Counted from the stretch's first letter, positions 1 to 10,560 are shown. The stretch is 64,000 nucleotides of DNA from a virus (IMGVR_UViG_3300026549_000030:177997-241996); one strand, 5' to 3'. Translations and numbers: made by a program. Notes: generated from the letters alone by a model not told the origin.

Positions 1-1614
1 GTAATATTTTCCGCATTTATCACAGATAAATACAGGTTCTCCATGTATTTGTACGCAAACATTTCCGCCGCATTCGCACTTCTCGGGAATTTCATTTCCC
101 TCATCGTTTTTTCTCCTTTTTGATTCCTGTAATGAGCCACCACCAGTAACTGTGCTGCAACTTTTCGAGCCGCCTTCTATGAAAGCAGAGGCAAGATTAC
201 CTCGGCAGTGCCCAACGTCCAACGCCCTGTCTATAAGCATAAGAATATCACCGGGCGACATATTTTCAGAAAACTCCTTTATAATGCTGTAAAGCGGAGT
301 AAGCCCATAGTCACTCCAACCGTCACTTCCGTCAGGAAGCTTAGACCAATCATAAAAGCCCATGCTATCAAGCAGCTTCCATCCGTCCGAGTATCCCTCA
401 ACCTCCTTTCCGAGGACATACTCAACGTCTTCAGAAGGAAAATATGAACTGTGCCCCGCAAATTCGGTTATATATGAAATTGAAAGTGTGTTGTGGATTA
501 CAATGTCAAACCATGACAAGACGGTATTCAACGGAATTCTTGCCATAGCAGGCTCTTGAAGAAATCTTTCACGGATATTCCTGTACTGCTCGAATGGAAT
601 AAGATTCCACCTCTTCTGTGTAATCCCGTTTTCTTTGTCCCTGACAAATTCGCTAAGCAAATCGGCAGGCGAATAATCTTCCATCGCGCTATATAGACGG
701 TCAGAAACCCCCTCATTAAGTCTATGTATTCTTGCAACCTGCCCCTCTTCAACATTTATCCACGCAATATCAGATGTTGGAAGCGTCTCTGAGAAAATTT
801 TCCCTCCGCCTGCGTAATCCTTCGCGCACATTTTTGACGTTGTTATGAAATTTCCGTCAGTAATCGGCTTAGAACTGTAAACGGTTATCCTTCCAGTCTT
901 TAACGCGTCTTCGAGAACGGAGTTGGGAGTATCAGGGTAAGAGGAATATGTTCCGTATTCGTCAAAATCAGCTTTAGCCTCAGCCATTGCTTCCTCAAAT
1001 GTCTTTATATCGTCAACCTTTCGTATCCCCGTATGATAATCGTCAAGCATTGGATTGGTATCATTAATGATACTAAGCTGCGTTTCCTTGTTCTCCGTGA
1101 GGCGGACGTACTTGGCAAATGGTTTTCTTTGGCGATACCCGTCATACAGCCATTTTTTGAATTTATCCAAATTAACTTCCGTTATGTATTTGAATCCTTT
1201 CCAATCTTTTTCGTAATTAGAAAGATACGCTGCTTTTGCCTCTTCTGCCGTATTGAATCCGAGCATAACCTTCGTCTCGTCAAATTCATTTCCGTTGAAC
1301 TGATCAATAGGAAATACCTTTTCAGAGTTAAGGTTCGGTCCAAGGAAAACATCTATCGCGTCGCCATCCTTTCCAACCGTCTTGGTGAAATACCCATAAT
1401 CGTTGTGCATAAGTGTTTTCCACTCGTGCCCGTTCTTATCTTTTCCGCGACGATAGCTCCCCTTCGGATTCTCAATTGTAATCTCAAATCCGAGAACACG
1501 GAAGTGCCCCTTCTTATAATTTCCAGCACGAATTTGTCCGAGTGTTGGATTTGTATCAACACTTCCGCGTGCAAGCTTTATATCATCTGTTATTGTTTCG
1601 TTTATTTTTTGCAT
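1..1614 (-). CDS. Multidomain (polyvalent-type) protein: N-terminal InPase-like domain, further globular domains, zinc ribbon; 3' end runs off the window
   Basis: Translated by hand (missing from the ORF track because no stop lies in the window). Open from ATG 1614 to position 1. GNYKKGH...IENPKGS...DYGY...DGDAIDVFLG...FDETKVMLGF is typical of the inorganic-pyrophosphatase-like domain of phage polyvalent proteins; CECGG...CDKCG zinc ribbon at the window edge. Confidence 0.8.
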   Translation of the reverse strand, partial: MQKINETITDDIKLARGSVDTNPTLGQIRAGNYKKGHFRVLGFEITIENPKGSYRRGKDKNGHEWKTLMHNDYGYFTKTVGKDGDAIDVFLGPNLNSEKVFPIDQFNGNEFDETKVMLGFNTAEEAKAAYLSNYEKDWKGFKYITEVNLDKFKKWLYDGYRQRKPFAKYVRLTENKETQLSIINDTNPMLDDYHTGIRKVDDIKTFEEAMAEAKADFDEYGTYSSYPDTPNSVLEDALKTGRITVYSSKPITDGNFITTSKMCAKDYAGGGKIFSETLPTSDIAWINVEEGQVARIHRLNEGVSDRLYSAMEDYSPADLLSEFVRDKENGITQKRWNLIPFEQYRNIRERFLQEPAMARIPLNTVLSWFDIVIHNTLSISYITEFAGHSSYFPSEDVEYVLGKEVEGYSDGWKLLDSMGFYDWSKLPDGSDGWSDYGLTPLYSIIKEFSENMSPGDILMLIDRALDVGHCRGNLASAFIEGGSKSCSTVTGGGSLQESKRRKNDEGNEIPEKCECGGNVCVQIHGEPVFICDKCGKYY

Positions 1615-1674
1615 TTTTATGCCGTCAAATATATTTATAAATAGTGTTTTATACATTAAAAATAGGCTTTTATA

Positions 1675-2481
1675 ATGAAAAAGACAATAACGGAAAGACA
1701 GATAAAGGGCGCAATAGAAAATGTAATTCTTGAATATTTTAAGTCACCCCGAAACGCAAAGGCTCCTCAACAGCCGACGGCTCAACAAGCTAATGCGGAA
1801 GATGATGACGAAAAATATAATCAAGTCCCAAAGGTTAGAAGTGGAAAGGAATGGCACGAAAAGGGAGGAAATTTCCCAATTGTTAGGGACGGAAAGACCT
1901 TTTATGTGTCACGTTCAGTCGCCGTATCATTCTATGCCTTCTGCCAAGACAGGAATGGGGAATGGTGTGTTCTCGCAAATAAGAGAGGACCAGGTGCCCC
2001 GAATAACAGGGGCAGGTGGAATGTTATCTGCGGATACCTCGATTATGGCGAGACTGCGGAAGAGGCGGCATTAAGGGAGTGTTGGGAAGAATGCGGACTC
2101 AGATTGGACCCATCAGTTGTAAAACAACAGGGTGTCAACTCAAAATCAGAGAACGTAACAATAAGGTTCGCAGCCGTTCTTTCAGGAACAACAGACAACT
2201 ATCCGCTTTCTATGGATAATTGCGAGCCGGGAGAAGTGACTTCCGTTGCTTGGGTTCCGCTATCAAAAGTGCCAATGCTCGAATGGGCGTTTGGACAGGG
2301 ACACAAGATTCTTCCTCAGGCTAAGACTTCTATCGGCTATGATGAAAAAACAATGAAATGCAATACCGACTTAACGTATAAGATTAATGCGCTCAAAAGC
2401 GAACTGAGGGGAAACAACCCATATGCATTCCAATTGTTCTCGCAAATATTACAGGAGCTTAAAGAATACAGAATGTTATGA
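1675..2481 (+). CDS. Nudix hydrolase with an N-terminal ITE/LE leader
   Basis: Nudix box GYLDYGETAEEAALRECWEECGL (GX5EX7REUXEEXGU). Confidence 0.85.
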   Translation: MKKTITERQIKGAIENVILEYFKSPRNAKAPQQPTAQQANAEDDDEKYNQVPKVRSGKEWHEKGGNFPIVRDGKTFYVSRSVAVSFYAFCQDRNGEWCVLANKRGPGAPNNRGRWNVICGYLDYGETAEEAALRECWEECGLRLDPSVVKQQGVNSKSENVTIRFAAVLSGTTDNYPLSMDNCEPGEVTSVAWVPLSKVPMLEWAFGQGHKILPQAKTSIGYDEKTMKCNTDLTYKINALKSELRGNNPYAFQLFSQILQELKEYRML

Positions 2482-2768
2482 TAAAAATTTATTTGACAGA
2501 AGCTCAGTTAAACAACTATCTTAGAACGCTTTGCGAGGAAGAATATAATATCAAAAAGAAAATCGGCCCATTCGCAACACAAGAAGAAGCAGCCGCAGAA
2601 CTTCACAGGCTTAGGAAAGAAAACGGATTCTCTGACAATGACAGCTTCATTGAAGGAAATTATATTGTCCTATACATCGAAATGGACAGATTTGACGACG
2701 ATTACGTTGGAAACCTTTTAACTAATATAGATAAAAAATACGGAAAAGTTGCTGAAAGCCGCGATTAA
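2478..2768 (+). CDS. Hypothetical protein (LTE leader motif)
   Basis: ORF overlapping the upstream stop; MIKIYLTEAQL. Confidence 0.65.
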   Translation: MIKIYLTEAQLNNYLRTLCEEEYNIKKKIGPFATQEEAAAELHRLRKENGFSDNDSFIEGNYIVLYIEMDRFDDDYVGNLLTNIDKKYGKVAESRD

Positions 2769-2809
2769 TTCGCGGTTTTTTTGTATGTTTGGTGAAAACA
2801 TATTGAAGA

Positions 2810-4273
2810 ATGTTAGAACTAAACAGAATTTACAATTGCGATTGCCTTGATGGACTGAAACGGTTAGACGACAATTCAATTGATATGACAGTAACGTCGC
2901 CGCCGTATGACAATCTTCGTACCTACAGTGATAAGAATACGGGAGACGAGTGTATTTGGAACTTCGAAGTGTTCAAGCCAATTGCACAGGAATTATACCG
3001 CGTAACTCGAAAGGGCGGCGTAGTAGTGTGGGTTGTTGGAGACGCGTGCCTTGATAATGGCGAAACAGGAAGTTCTTTCCGTCAGGCGCTCTATTTCCAA
3101 GAGCTTGGATTCAAGATTCACGATACAATGATTTACGAGAAGAACTCGTCGAGTTTTCCCGCAAAACTTACGTCGAAGCGCTATTCCCAAATTTTCGAAT
3201 ATATGTTCGTGTTTTCAAAGGGTAAGATTCGCGGTGACTTGAAACTTATTGCCGACAAACGAAATAAGTGGGCAGGTTGGACAAACTGGGGCGAACATTC
3301 TCAGTACGACGCAGACGGCAACCTCATAAAGACACAGAACATTAAACCAATTGCTGAATTCAGCCTCAGGACAAACATTTGGAGATATCCCGTTTCTTTC
3401 AACGACAAGACAGGACACCCCGCGGTGTTCCCAGAGAAACTTGCAGAAGATCATATCCTCAGTTGGTCAAATGAGGGTGAAACAGTTCTTGATCCATTTA
3501 TGGGAAGCGGTACAACTGCTAAAATGGCAATGATGAACCACAGAAACTACATTGGTTTTGAGGTTAATACCGAATATTTCAAGAACTCTCTTCTTCGTGT
3601 AGAAAAATATGAAGGAAAATTCAACGATAAAGTGCAATCTGTCGATGTTCAGGAGCTGCAGGATATTGATGAGAAGGAAATTGACACGGATTCGTTACAG
3701 CTAAATCCTGTTGACGATAAGGATTTGGAGAAAAAGGCTGAATTATGGAAGGAGCTTACCGCTGAACTAAGCGACTACTTCAACACACAGTCCCTCGGTA
3801 TTCTTAAAAACCTTAAGGTAAGCCTCACATTCGCTTCCAAGGCGAATGACAAGAGAGTGGAGAAGGTACTTCAGGAACGTGGTGAACAACCCGTTCAACA
3901 ACAGAAGGAAACATACGTTCCACCAACCGTTACAGTAGCACCAATAGAGACAGAGCCGCCGATTAAAATTCCAGAGTCAGAGGCTGAGGTTATCTTGCCC
4001 GAGAAGGTGGTTACAAAATTCCGATTAATCGTTAACGAGGAATTGGATAAAAGGATTAGCGAACTCAGAAAGGAACTTCACAAATCCGAGCCAGTGCAGC
4101 TTGAACTGTTTCCGGATTATAAACCCATTACCATAACAGAACAGGATAAGGAAATGCTCCTTTCCGTACCGTCACCAACTCCGCAAAAGAAACGCGGGCG
4201 CCCGAAGGGTTCAAAAAATAAGACTAAGACGGTTATCCCGGAGGATAACGTTCCAATCAATCCAGAAGATTAA
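2810..4273 (+). CDS. N4/N6 DNA methyltransferase (beta class) with a long C-terminal extension containing an AT-hook
   Basis: TSPPY catalytic motif, HPAVFP, DPFMGSGTT SAM-binding motif; KKRGRPKGSKNK near the C-terminus. Confidence 0.9.
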   Translation: MLELNRIYNCDCLDGLKRLDDNSIDMTVTSPPYDNLRTYSDKNTGDECIWNFEVFKPIAQELYRVTRKGGVVVWVVGDACLDNGETGSSFRQALYFQELGFKIHDTMIYEKNSSSFPAKLTSKRYSQIFEYMFVFSKGKIRGDLKLIADKRNKWAGWTNWGEHSQYDADGNLIKTQNIKPIAEFSLRTNIWRYPVSFNDKTGHPAVFPEKLAEDHILSWSNEGETVLDPFMGSGTTAKMAMMNHRNYIGFEVNTEYFKNSLLRVEKYEGKFNDKVQSVDVQELQDIDEKEIDTDSLQLNPVDDKDLEKKAELWKELTAELSDYFNTQSLGILKNLKVSLTFASKANDKRVEKVLQERGEQPVQQQKETYVPPTVTVAPIETEPPIKIPESEAEVILPEKVVTKFRLIVNEELDKRISELRKELHKSEPVQLELFPDYKPITITEQDKEMLLSVPSPTPQKKRGRPKGSKNKTKTVIPEDNVPINPED

Positions 4274-4866
4274 TGAGAAGAGAATCAAATTTTAAGAATG
4301 ATATTAACATTGGGAAAATAGGAGAACAGGATTTTGAGAAATTCCTTTCATCTTCTTCTAAGTGCGAACATTTTGAGAACGTAACAGAAGACGCTTTCTT
4401 TCAATTATTAGATATCGACTACATTCAATTCACAAAACTGAAGGAGGACGGAACTCAGTACACATCTGAGGACGTGAAAGACGCCCTTCTTGGGCACAAG
4501 AAAACGACAGAAAGGGACTTCTGCAACCTTTACGAAGTCAAGACGGATACTCGTTCGGAAAAGACGAGAAATGTCGTCTACGAGCTTATTTCGCACGATA
4601 AAACGGGGTGCGCAGCAGCAACGAGAGCCGACTATTTCTACTATGTATTCACAGACGAGTACAATTTCGGAGAAATTAAAGAAAGGTGGCTGATTGATAT
4701 AAAGAAATGGCGCCGCCTTATAAGAGAAAACGCAGAGAAGGGACAGGACGTGCGCTTGCACAATTTCGACAGAACCAAAGACCACGTTCTCAATTTCCTC
4801 ATCAATATCGAATATATGAAAGAAAACGGCGTAGCAATTAAAATTCAGCCAAGAAGCAATGGGTAA
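4273..4866 (+). CDS. Putative PD-(D/E)XK nuclease-fold protein
   Basis: GKIGE...DID...EVKTD pattern; translationally coupled to the MTase. Confidence 0.55.
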   Translation: MRRESNFKNDINIGKIGEQDFEKFLSSSSKCEHFENVTEDAFFQLLDIDYIQFTKLKEDGTQYTSEDVKDALLGHKKTTERDFCNLYEVKTDTRSEKTRNVVYELISHDKTGCAAATRADYFYYVFTDEYNFGEIKERWLIDIKKWRRLIRENAEKGQDVRLHNFDRTKDHVLNFLINIEYMKENGVAIKIQPRSNG

Positions 4867-5113
4867 CGAGAATTACAGTACGGTAAAACTATTCATACTC
4901 AGAACATTCCTATCAATCGTAGGAATGTTTCGTTGTATTAGGTATAAGAAAGGAAAAACCTATTACGGAGGAAGAAACAAGCGCTACGGAGTCTACATGG
5001 GAAAGAAAACGTTCTATGAACAGTTCACAGTTGAAGGGCTCGGTTACTGTTACTATGATAATAAACCAATCAAATACAAGAATTGGGAACTTGGAATGTG
5101 GAAATGGCTGTAA
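4859..5113 (+). CDS. Hypothetical protein
   Basis: ORF continuing the operon. Confidence 0.5.
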   Translation: MGNENYSTVKLFILRTFLSIVGMFRCIRYKKGKTYYGGRNKRYGVYMGKKTFYEQFTVEGLGYCYYDNKPIKYKNWELGMWKWL

Positions 5114-5164
5114 AATTTGCTTTTCACATTTAAATTTCATATATTTGCCAAAAATTAGCTGAAT

Positions 5165-6454
5165 ATGACAATTAACGTTTATGACATTGTTAAGACATTG
5201 CTGAAATATGCAATTGCCGGCACTGAGTGGGAAGGACACGTCTACACCGTTGGCGGGTGCGAGCGCGACAGGCTTATGGGTAACGAAATCAAGGATATTG
5301 ATATCGTTGTCGATTTGCCCAACGGCGGTATCATGTTCGCGAAGTGGCTTGAAGAGAAGAAACTCACGAAGGGTTCCGTCGTGGTTTATGAGAACTATGG
5401 TACGGCAATGTTTAAGCTCAACGCAATGCCCGATATCGAAATCGAGGCGGTTCAGACGAGAAAAGAGTGCTATCGTGACATTTCCACGAGAAACCCAGAG
5501 ACGGCGTTCGGAACAATTAAAGACGACTGCACGCGCCGCGATTTCACATACAACGCGATTTATTTCGACATTACAAATGGTGTAACGAGAGACTTTTCAG
5601 GTAACGGAATCAAGGATTTGGAAAATAACATTCTTAGAACTTGCGGAGAACCTGAGATTATCTTTAACGAGGATCCTTTGAGAATCCTTCGTGCCGTAAG
5701 ATTCGCAACGAGATTTGGCTCAGAAATTGACAACAGCGTAATAGATGGGATGAAAAAATTCTCCAATAGGCTCGAAATTATTAGCTTAGAGCGCATTCAG
5801 GACGAATTTTTCAAGATTCTAAGGTCAAAAGGCGCCAAGGAAGGACTTGAGTTAATCAACAGCATTGGGGCGAGAAAATACGTCTTGCCATTTGTTGACG
5901 ACGCCAAAATGGAGAATATTATTTCCGTTGCAGACAGATTCGACAAATATGCATTATTGGAAATGCGCCTTGCAGCTATCCTATGGGATGAAGAACTTGC
6001 GAAGAAATCGCTTCTTTACTTGAAATGTTCTAATGAGCTTATCAAGAAAGTTTGCAATATTATTTACATTTCGAAGAAGATAGCCGAACTTAAGGATATG
6101 AATATCTACTCAACGGGTGAGGCTTACGACTACAGGAAGATTCAATGCAAACATGACGAGATTACTGTTTGCCAGAGTGCTACTATACTAACATACGTCA
6201 AGGGAACTCATGAATACTGTTCTCACTTTTACAACATTGCATGTGAAATGAAGAGGAACGGTACCGAAACATACGGATACAAACTTCCTATTGACGGAGA
6301 GGACGTAATGAGGGAAAGGAATATTCCCGCAGGTCCGGATGTTAAGTATTGGCTTGGAGAAGCAATGAAATATGCTTATATGAATCCTAAGATTACAAGG
6401 GACGAACTTCTTAGGATCGTTAGGGAAGGTTTAGTGTCTAGCATTAAAGGATAA
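5165..6454 (+). CDS. cca: CCA-adding tRNA nucleotidyltransferase
   Basis: VGGCERD, KDIDIVV, RRDFTYNA, EDPLRILRAVRF and ERIQDEF class II NTase motifs. Confidence 0.9.
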   Translation: MTINVYDIVKTLLKYAIAGTEWEGHVYTVGGCERDRLMGNEIKDIDIVVDLPNGGIMFAKWLEEKKLTKGSVVVYENYGTAMFKLNAMPDIEIEAVQTRKECYRDISTRNPETAFGTIKDDCTRRDFTYNAIYFDITNGVTRDFSGNGIKDLENNILRTCGEPEIIFNEDPLRILRAVRFATRFGSEIDNSVIDGMKKFSNRLEIISLERIQDEFFKILRSKGAKEGLELINSIGARKYVLPFVDDAKMENIISVADRFDKYALLEMRLAAILWDEELAKKSLLYLKCSNELIKKVCNIIYISKKIAELKDMNIYSTGEAYDYRKIQCKHDEITVCQSATILTYVKGTHEYCSHFYNIACEMKRNGTETYGYKLPIDGEDVMRERNIPAGPDVKYWLGEAMKYAYMNPKITRDELLRIVREGLVSSIKG

Positions 6455-6509
6455 ACGAGGTACATATTTTTATGGATTTAATGGAGTTTTTGCTATCATA
6501 AAAGTATTT

Positions 6510-7640
6510 ATGAATAAAAAAAATGCAAACATGGAAAGCAAAAGACGTTATAGAAAATGGACAAAAGAACTAATAATAGAAGAGGCGAAGAAATACGAGT
6601 ATAGAAGCGACTTTAAAAAGTCAGAGCCTAATCTTTACAAGAAAATAATAAAAGAGGGGTGGACGAGCGATGCCTTCTCGCATATGGTTCACAAGCCAAG
6701 TATGTGGACAAGAGAAGCCTGTTATAACTCAGCCTCAAAATGTAAAACAAAAAGCGAATTTGCCAAAAAGTTTAACGGCGCGTATTCTTCCGCAAAAAAG
6801 CGCGGATGGCTTAACGATATTTCAAAAAAATATTTTACAAAAGTAGGGAGTAGAGGATTTAGGTGTATATACGCATATGAATTTCCTGATAATTGCGTGT
6901 ATGTTGGTTTAACTTTTGACATACAAAAAAGGAATCAATCACACATGCATTCAGACACGAGCGCTGTTTTTAAACATATGAAAAAAACCGGGTTAACGCC
7001 AAAACTTATAATTCTAACAGACTATGTTGATATAAATGAAGCATCAGAATTGGAAGGGGAAAAACTAGAAGAATACGTAAAAAATAATTGGATTCCGCTT
7101 AATCGTGCAAAAACAGGAGGAACTGGCAGTGTAATAACACCAAAGAAAAAACACGAAAAAGCAAAGAAATTCATATGGACAAACGAACTAATTGCTGAAG
7201 AAGCTAAAAAATATAATACGCGTAAAGAATTTTCGAAAAACTCCCCATCGGCATATTCGTGCGCAAGCAAAAAACGAATTCTAGATACCGTGTGCTCCCA
7301 CATGTTGTTACTACAAAGAAGAAAATGGACTAAAAGTGAAGCACAAAAAGAAGCATTAAGATACGAGACAAGGGGAGATTTTGGTAAATATTCAAATGCT
7401 TGTTATATTGTTTCTGCAAGGAATGGATGGCTTGATGATATTTGTAACCACATGAAAGATGGGCATCACATAATATACACCACAGAAATTGTAAAAGATA
7501 CGGTATCAAAGTACGAAAAAATGCAGCATTTAAGAGATTCAGACGACAAATTTGTAAGGGGCTGTTATTGGTGGCTGAAAAAGAAGAAATTAATATATGA
7601 ATATAAAAAATTTTTAAGAAATGGAAAAGTGGACAATTGA
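6510..7640 (+). CDS. GIY-YIG-like homing endonuclease with repeated WT-x-E helical modules
   Basis: CIYAYEF...VYVGLT...R...H core; about five 'WTxE...A.KY' repeats; AT-rich compared with neighbours. Confidence 0.7.
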   Translation: MNKKNANMESKRRYRKWTKELIIEEAKKYEYRSDFKKSEPNLYKKIIKEGWTSDAFSHMVHKPSMWTREACYNSASKCKTKSEFAKKFNGAYSSAKKRGWLNDISKKYFTKVGSRGFRCIYAYEFPDNCVYVGLTFDIQKRNQSHMHSDTSAVFKHMKKTGLTPKLIILTDYVDINEASELEGEKLEEYVKNNWIPLNRAKTGGTGSVITPKKKHEKAKKFIWTNELIAEEAKKYNTRKEFSKNSPSAYSCASKKRILDTVCSHMLLLQRRKWTKSEAQKEALRYETRGDFGKYSNACYIVSARNGWLDDICNHMKDGHHIIYTTEIVKDTVSKYEKMQHLRDSDDKFVRGCYWWLKKKKLIYEYKKFLRNGKVDN

Positions 7641-8829
7641 TTTTTTAAGAAAGAATAGCCTTATCGTTTATGAATATATGCGCGGAAGCCATAGCTACCA
7701 TTTGAATGTTGATACCAGCGATATCGATGTAGGTGGCGTCTTCATTTGCCCTGGTTCATTTTTACTCGGAATGAGGGAATTTTACCCAGAACAAGTTGCA
7801 GACGAGAAGAATGACACCGTTTTCTATGAGTTCGGCAGGTGGGTTGAATTACTTATCAAGTCTAACCCTTCTGCTCTTGAAAGCCTGTTCGCTCCTGACG
7901 ATTGTGTGATTGGCGAGGTTCACCCTATCATTCAGAAGTTCAGGGAGCATAGGGATTTGTTCTTGACAAAGGAATGCTTCAAGCCGTTCTACTCCTACGC
8001 CGCAACGCAGATTCAGAAGTGCAGGGGCTATAACAAGAAGTGCAATATCCCTGAGGATTTCCAAAGGAAAGACATTCTTGACTTCTGCTACACGTTCAAG
8101 AATCAAGGCTCACAACCAATCAAAGACTTCCTTGCTGAGCATTTTCTTGATCAAAAATATTGCGGACTTGTTAACATTCCCAACATGAAGGACGTTTACG
8201 GAGTTTACTATGACTTCGCCGCATATTGGAAATTTGAGAATATTTCCCCGCTTGATAGATACAAATCAGTCAAGTGGTTCGACGACGGCGTAGCAAACAT
8301 GGACGCGTACGTTAGGCGAATGAATAATAAAGAATTCTTCCACTATAACGGAATCGTTCACCCAGACGAGATTACGAAGTCGAACACCGTTCGCCTCTGT
8401 TCGATTCCAAAGGGAGAGAAGCCAATCTGCTTCATGACGTACAACAAGGATGGATATATGTCACACTGCCGCGACTATAAGGAGTGGGCAGAGTGGAAGG
8501 AGAAGCGCAACCCCGTCCGTTACGAGTCGAACCTCGGGCACAACTACGATTCGAAGAACGTAATGCACTGCATGAGACTTGTCCGTATGGCGAAGGAAAT
8601 CGCTCAGGGCAAGGGCTTCAACGTCGTTCGTGACGAGGACAGAGAGTACCTCCTTGATATTCGTAACCATAAATTCGAGTATGAGGAAGTTATTTCACAA
8701 CTCGAGAAGGAGAAGGCTGAGTTCGAGAAAGCCTTTGAGACTTGCACGCTACCTGATAAGGTTGACGTCAACGCAGTTAATGAGGTTCTCAAAGAGTGCC
8801 GTTCCGAATATTACGGATGGAAATACTAA
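7621..8829 (+). CDS. Pol-beta superfamily nucleotidyltransferase (Nuc-transf/RlaP-like)
   Basis: RGSHSYHLNVDTSDIDVGGVF (GS...DxD) and C-terminal YDSKNVMHCMRL. Confidence 0.8.
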   Translation: MEKWTIDFLRKNSLIVYEYMRGSHSYHLNVDTSDIDVGGVFICPGSFLLGMREFYPEQVADEKNDTVFYEFGRWVELLIKSNPSALESLFAPDDCVIGEVHPIIQKFREHRDLFLTKECFKPFYSYAATQIQKCRGYNKKCNIPEDFQRKDILDFCYTFKNQGSQPIKDFLAEHFLDQKYCGLVNIPNMKDVYGVYYDFAAYWKFENISPLDRYKSVKWFDDGVANMDAYVRRMNNKEFFHYNGIVHPDEITKSNTVRLCSIPKGEKPICFMTYNKDGYMSHCRDYKEWAEWKEKRNPVRYESNLGHNYDSKNVMHCMRLVRMAKEIAQGKGFNVVRDEDREYLLDIRNHKFEYEEVISQLEKEKAEFEKAFETCTLPDKVDVNAVNEVLKECRSEYYGWKY

Positions 8830-8868
8830 TCTTGACAATAGCCAATAAAACGTTATTTTTAAGACAGT

Positions 8869-9339
8869 ATGTTTCAGACAAATTACGGAAGTCCAAATAT
8901 AGGTAAGGGGTGCAGCTTCGTAGGAACACCGAATTTCGGCTCGGAGCCGTACCTCATTACTATTGGTGATAAGACAACCGTTTCGTTCGATGTGGCGTTC
9001 GTTACGCACGACGCTGCGACCAGGGTACTCAGAAATCTTCCCGGGCACAACCCTGAGACAGTTATATATGGTACAATCAACGTAGGTAAAAACTGCTTTA
9101 TAGGCTGCAGAAGTGTTATCCTACCAGGCGTAACAATCGGGGATAACACCATTGTCGGCGCAGGAAGTATAGTAAATAGGGATCTTCCGGCAAACAGTGT
9201 TTGCGCGGGGGCTCCATGTAAAGTCATCTGCTCATTGGAAGAGTACGAAAAAAAACACAAAGATGACTTCCTATATATGGTTAGTCTGCCACCTGCGGAA
9301 AAGAAGAAATACCTACTAAACCATTTTAATAGAAAATAA
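8869..9339 (+). CDS. Hexapeptide-repeat (left-handed beta-helix) acyltransferase
   Basis: FGSEPYLITIGD...NCFIGCRSVILPGVTIGDNTIVGAGSIV. Confidence 0.85.
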   Translation: MFQTNYGSPNIGKGCSFVGTPNFGSEPYLITIGDKTTVSFDVAFVTHDAATRVLRNLPGHNPETVIYGTINVGKNCFIGCRSVILPGVTIGDNTIVGAGSIVNRDLPANSVCAGAPCKVICSLEEYEKKHKDDFLYMVSLPPAEKKKYLLNHFNRK

Positions 9340-9363
9340 TTTTTATAGAAAGAATTTTATATT

Positions 9364-9894
9364 ATGAAAGGAAAAGTTATTGACAAATCATTGGAAAATT
9401 ATGGACAAGTCATTGATGTTGTTCTAAACAAGTACATGGGAAAATATACCGACGGAGTAAAGACGTACCCGAAGGATTCTATCTCATTCGACAATGTGGA
9501 CGAGGTTGATAGCAACAAACCTGTCAATAAGGAACTCAATGAGCTTGCTTTCCGAGTGCTTCTAGCAAAGGAATCTGCAACAACAGAGAAGAGCACGGGC
9601 GAGCAAATTACACAAGACATTGATTACGCTTTCGGCGTTGCAAAAATGTTCCAAATTCACGCTGGATGGGTTCAGGAAAACGAGAGACGTGAGAGGGAAC
9701 TGAAAGCAAATCCTTGTGAGGACGAGTGCTGCTGCAAGCCACTTAATGTAGAAGAAGTGCCAACAGAGGAAGTGGCGAAGAAGAAAGAGGAAGCCACCAA
9801 CAAGCGCGGTAAGAAACCCGCCCCCGCCGAGCAAAAACCCGCAGAGGAAGAGGAGAAGGGACTTAACGATTATCTCGCTGAATTGGGCGAATAA
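9364..9894 (+). CDS. Hypothetical protein
   Basis: 176-aa ORF with phage-like codon use. Confidence 0.65.
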   Translation: MKGKVIDKSLENYGQVIDVVLNKYMGKYTDGVKTYPKDSISFDNVDEVDSNKPVNKELNELAFRVLLAKESATTEKSTGEQITQDIDYAFGVAKMFQIHAGWVQENERRERELKANPCEDECCCKPLNVEEVPTEEVAKKKEEATNKRGKKPAPAEQKPAEEEEKGLNDYLAELGE

Positions 9895-10511
9895 TGCTTG
9901 AAGGACACGGTTATCTATTCGGGCAGAGCCTTAGGGCTCAGCCATACAGACTAAGGGAATTACTTGACGCAGGGCTTAGAGTCCTGTGTTTTCCTTGGTA
10001 TGAAGAGGGCGGAACCGAGGAAGATAGGGAAAAGAGTGGCGATATTGCCGTCGCTGAAAAAACGGATAAAAAATACGTTATCAAAATTCGAGGACGGGAA
10101 GAAGAACCGCTTGTTTGTCTTTCAAAGCATTGTTCCGAAAAGGAATTTCACGAGGCGGTTATCAAACACCATATTTTGTTTATTGATATCTACGAACATA
10201 TAAACCACAAGGATATTTTCGATAAAAACGGAAATTTTGACAAGTCTAAGAAAGGTGAAATCCTTGACTATCTTGCACAGTCTGGATTCCTTCGCTCTTA
10301 TGGCAAGGAGGAAGAAGATTGCCAAATGAGCCCGTTCCAAGTATTCGTTCGCGATTATCCGACATTCGGGCAAGACGGTCGTCCGATTATTGGACAATAT
10401 CTATATAAGAAAGGAGACGTTAATTTTGGCGTACAATTCTCGTCAATTATTGACCCATTCTCTTATAGGCAAATGAGTTGGAGAGAATTCTTCTTGTGGC
10501 TTTACGCGTAG
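9894..10511 (+). CDS. Hypothetical protein
   Basis: 205-aa ORF coupled to the upstream gene. Confidence 0.65.
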   Translation: MLEGHGYLFGQSLRAQPYRLRELLDAGLRVLCFPWYEEGGTEEDREKSGDIAVAEKTDKKYVIKIRGREEEPLVCLSKHCSEKEFHEAVIKHHILFIDIYEHINHKDIFDKNGNFDKSKKGEILDYLAQSGFLRSYGKEEEDCQMSPFQVFVRDYPTFGQDGRPIIGQYLYKKGDVNFGVQFSSIIDPFSYRQMSWREFFLWLYA

Positions 10512-10530
10512 GATTGGACAAAATCGGACA

Positions 10531-10560
10531 AAAAAACCCGCCTTTCGAGGCGGGTTCTTT
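10531..10560. terminator. Bidirectional intrinsic terminator
   Basis: AAAAAACCCGCC-TTTCGA-GGCGGGTTCTTT between convergent genes. Confidence 0.8.

Noticed and set aside
1033-1644. 203-aa plus-strand ORF and other antisense ORFs (e.g. 14959-15666, 20085-20996, 39359-40063)
   Set aside because: Shadow frames of well-supported genes on the opposite strand.
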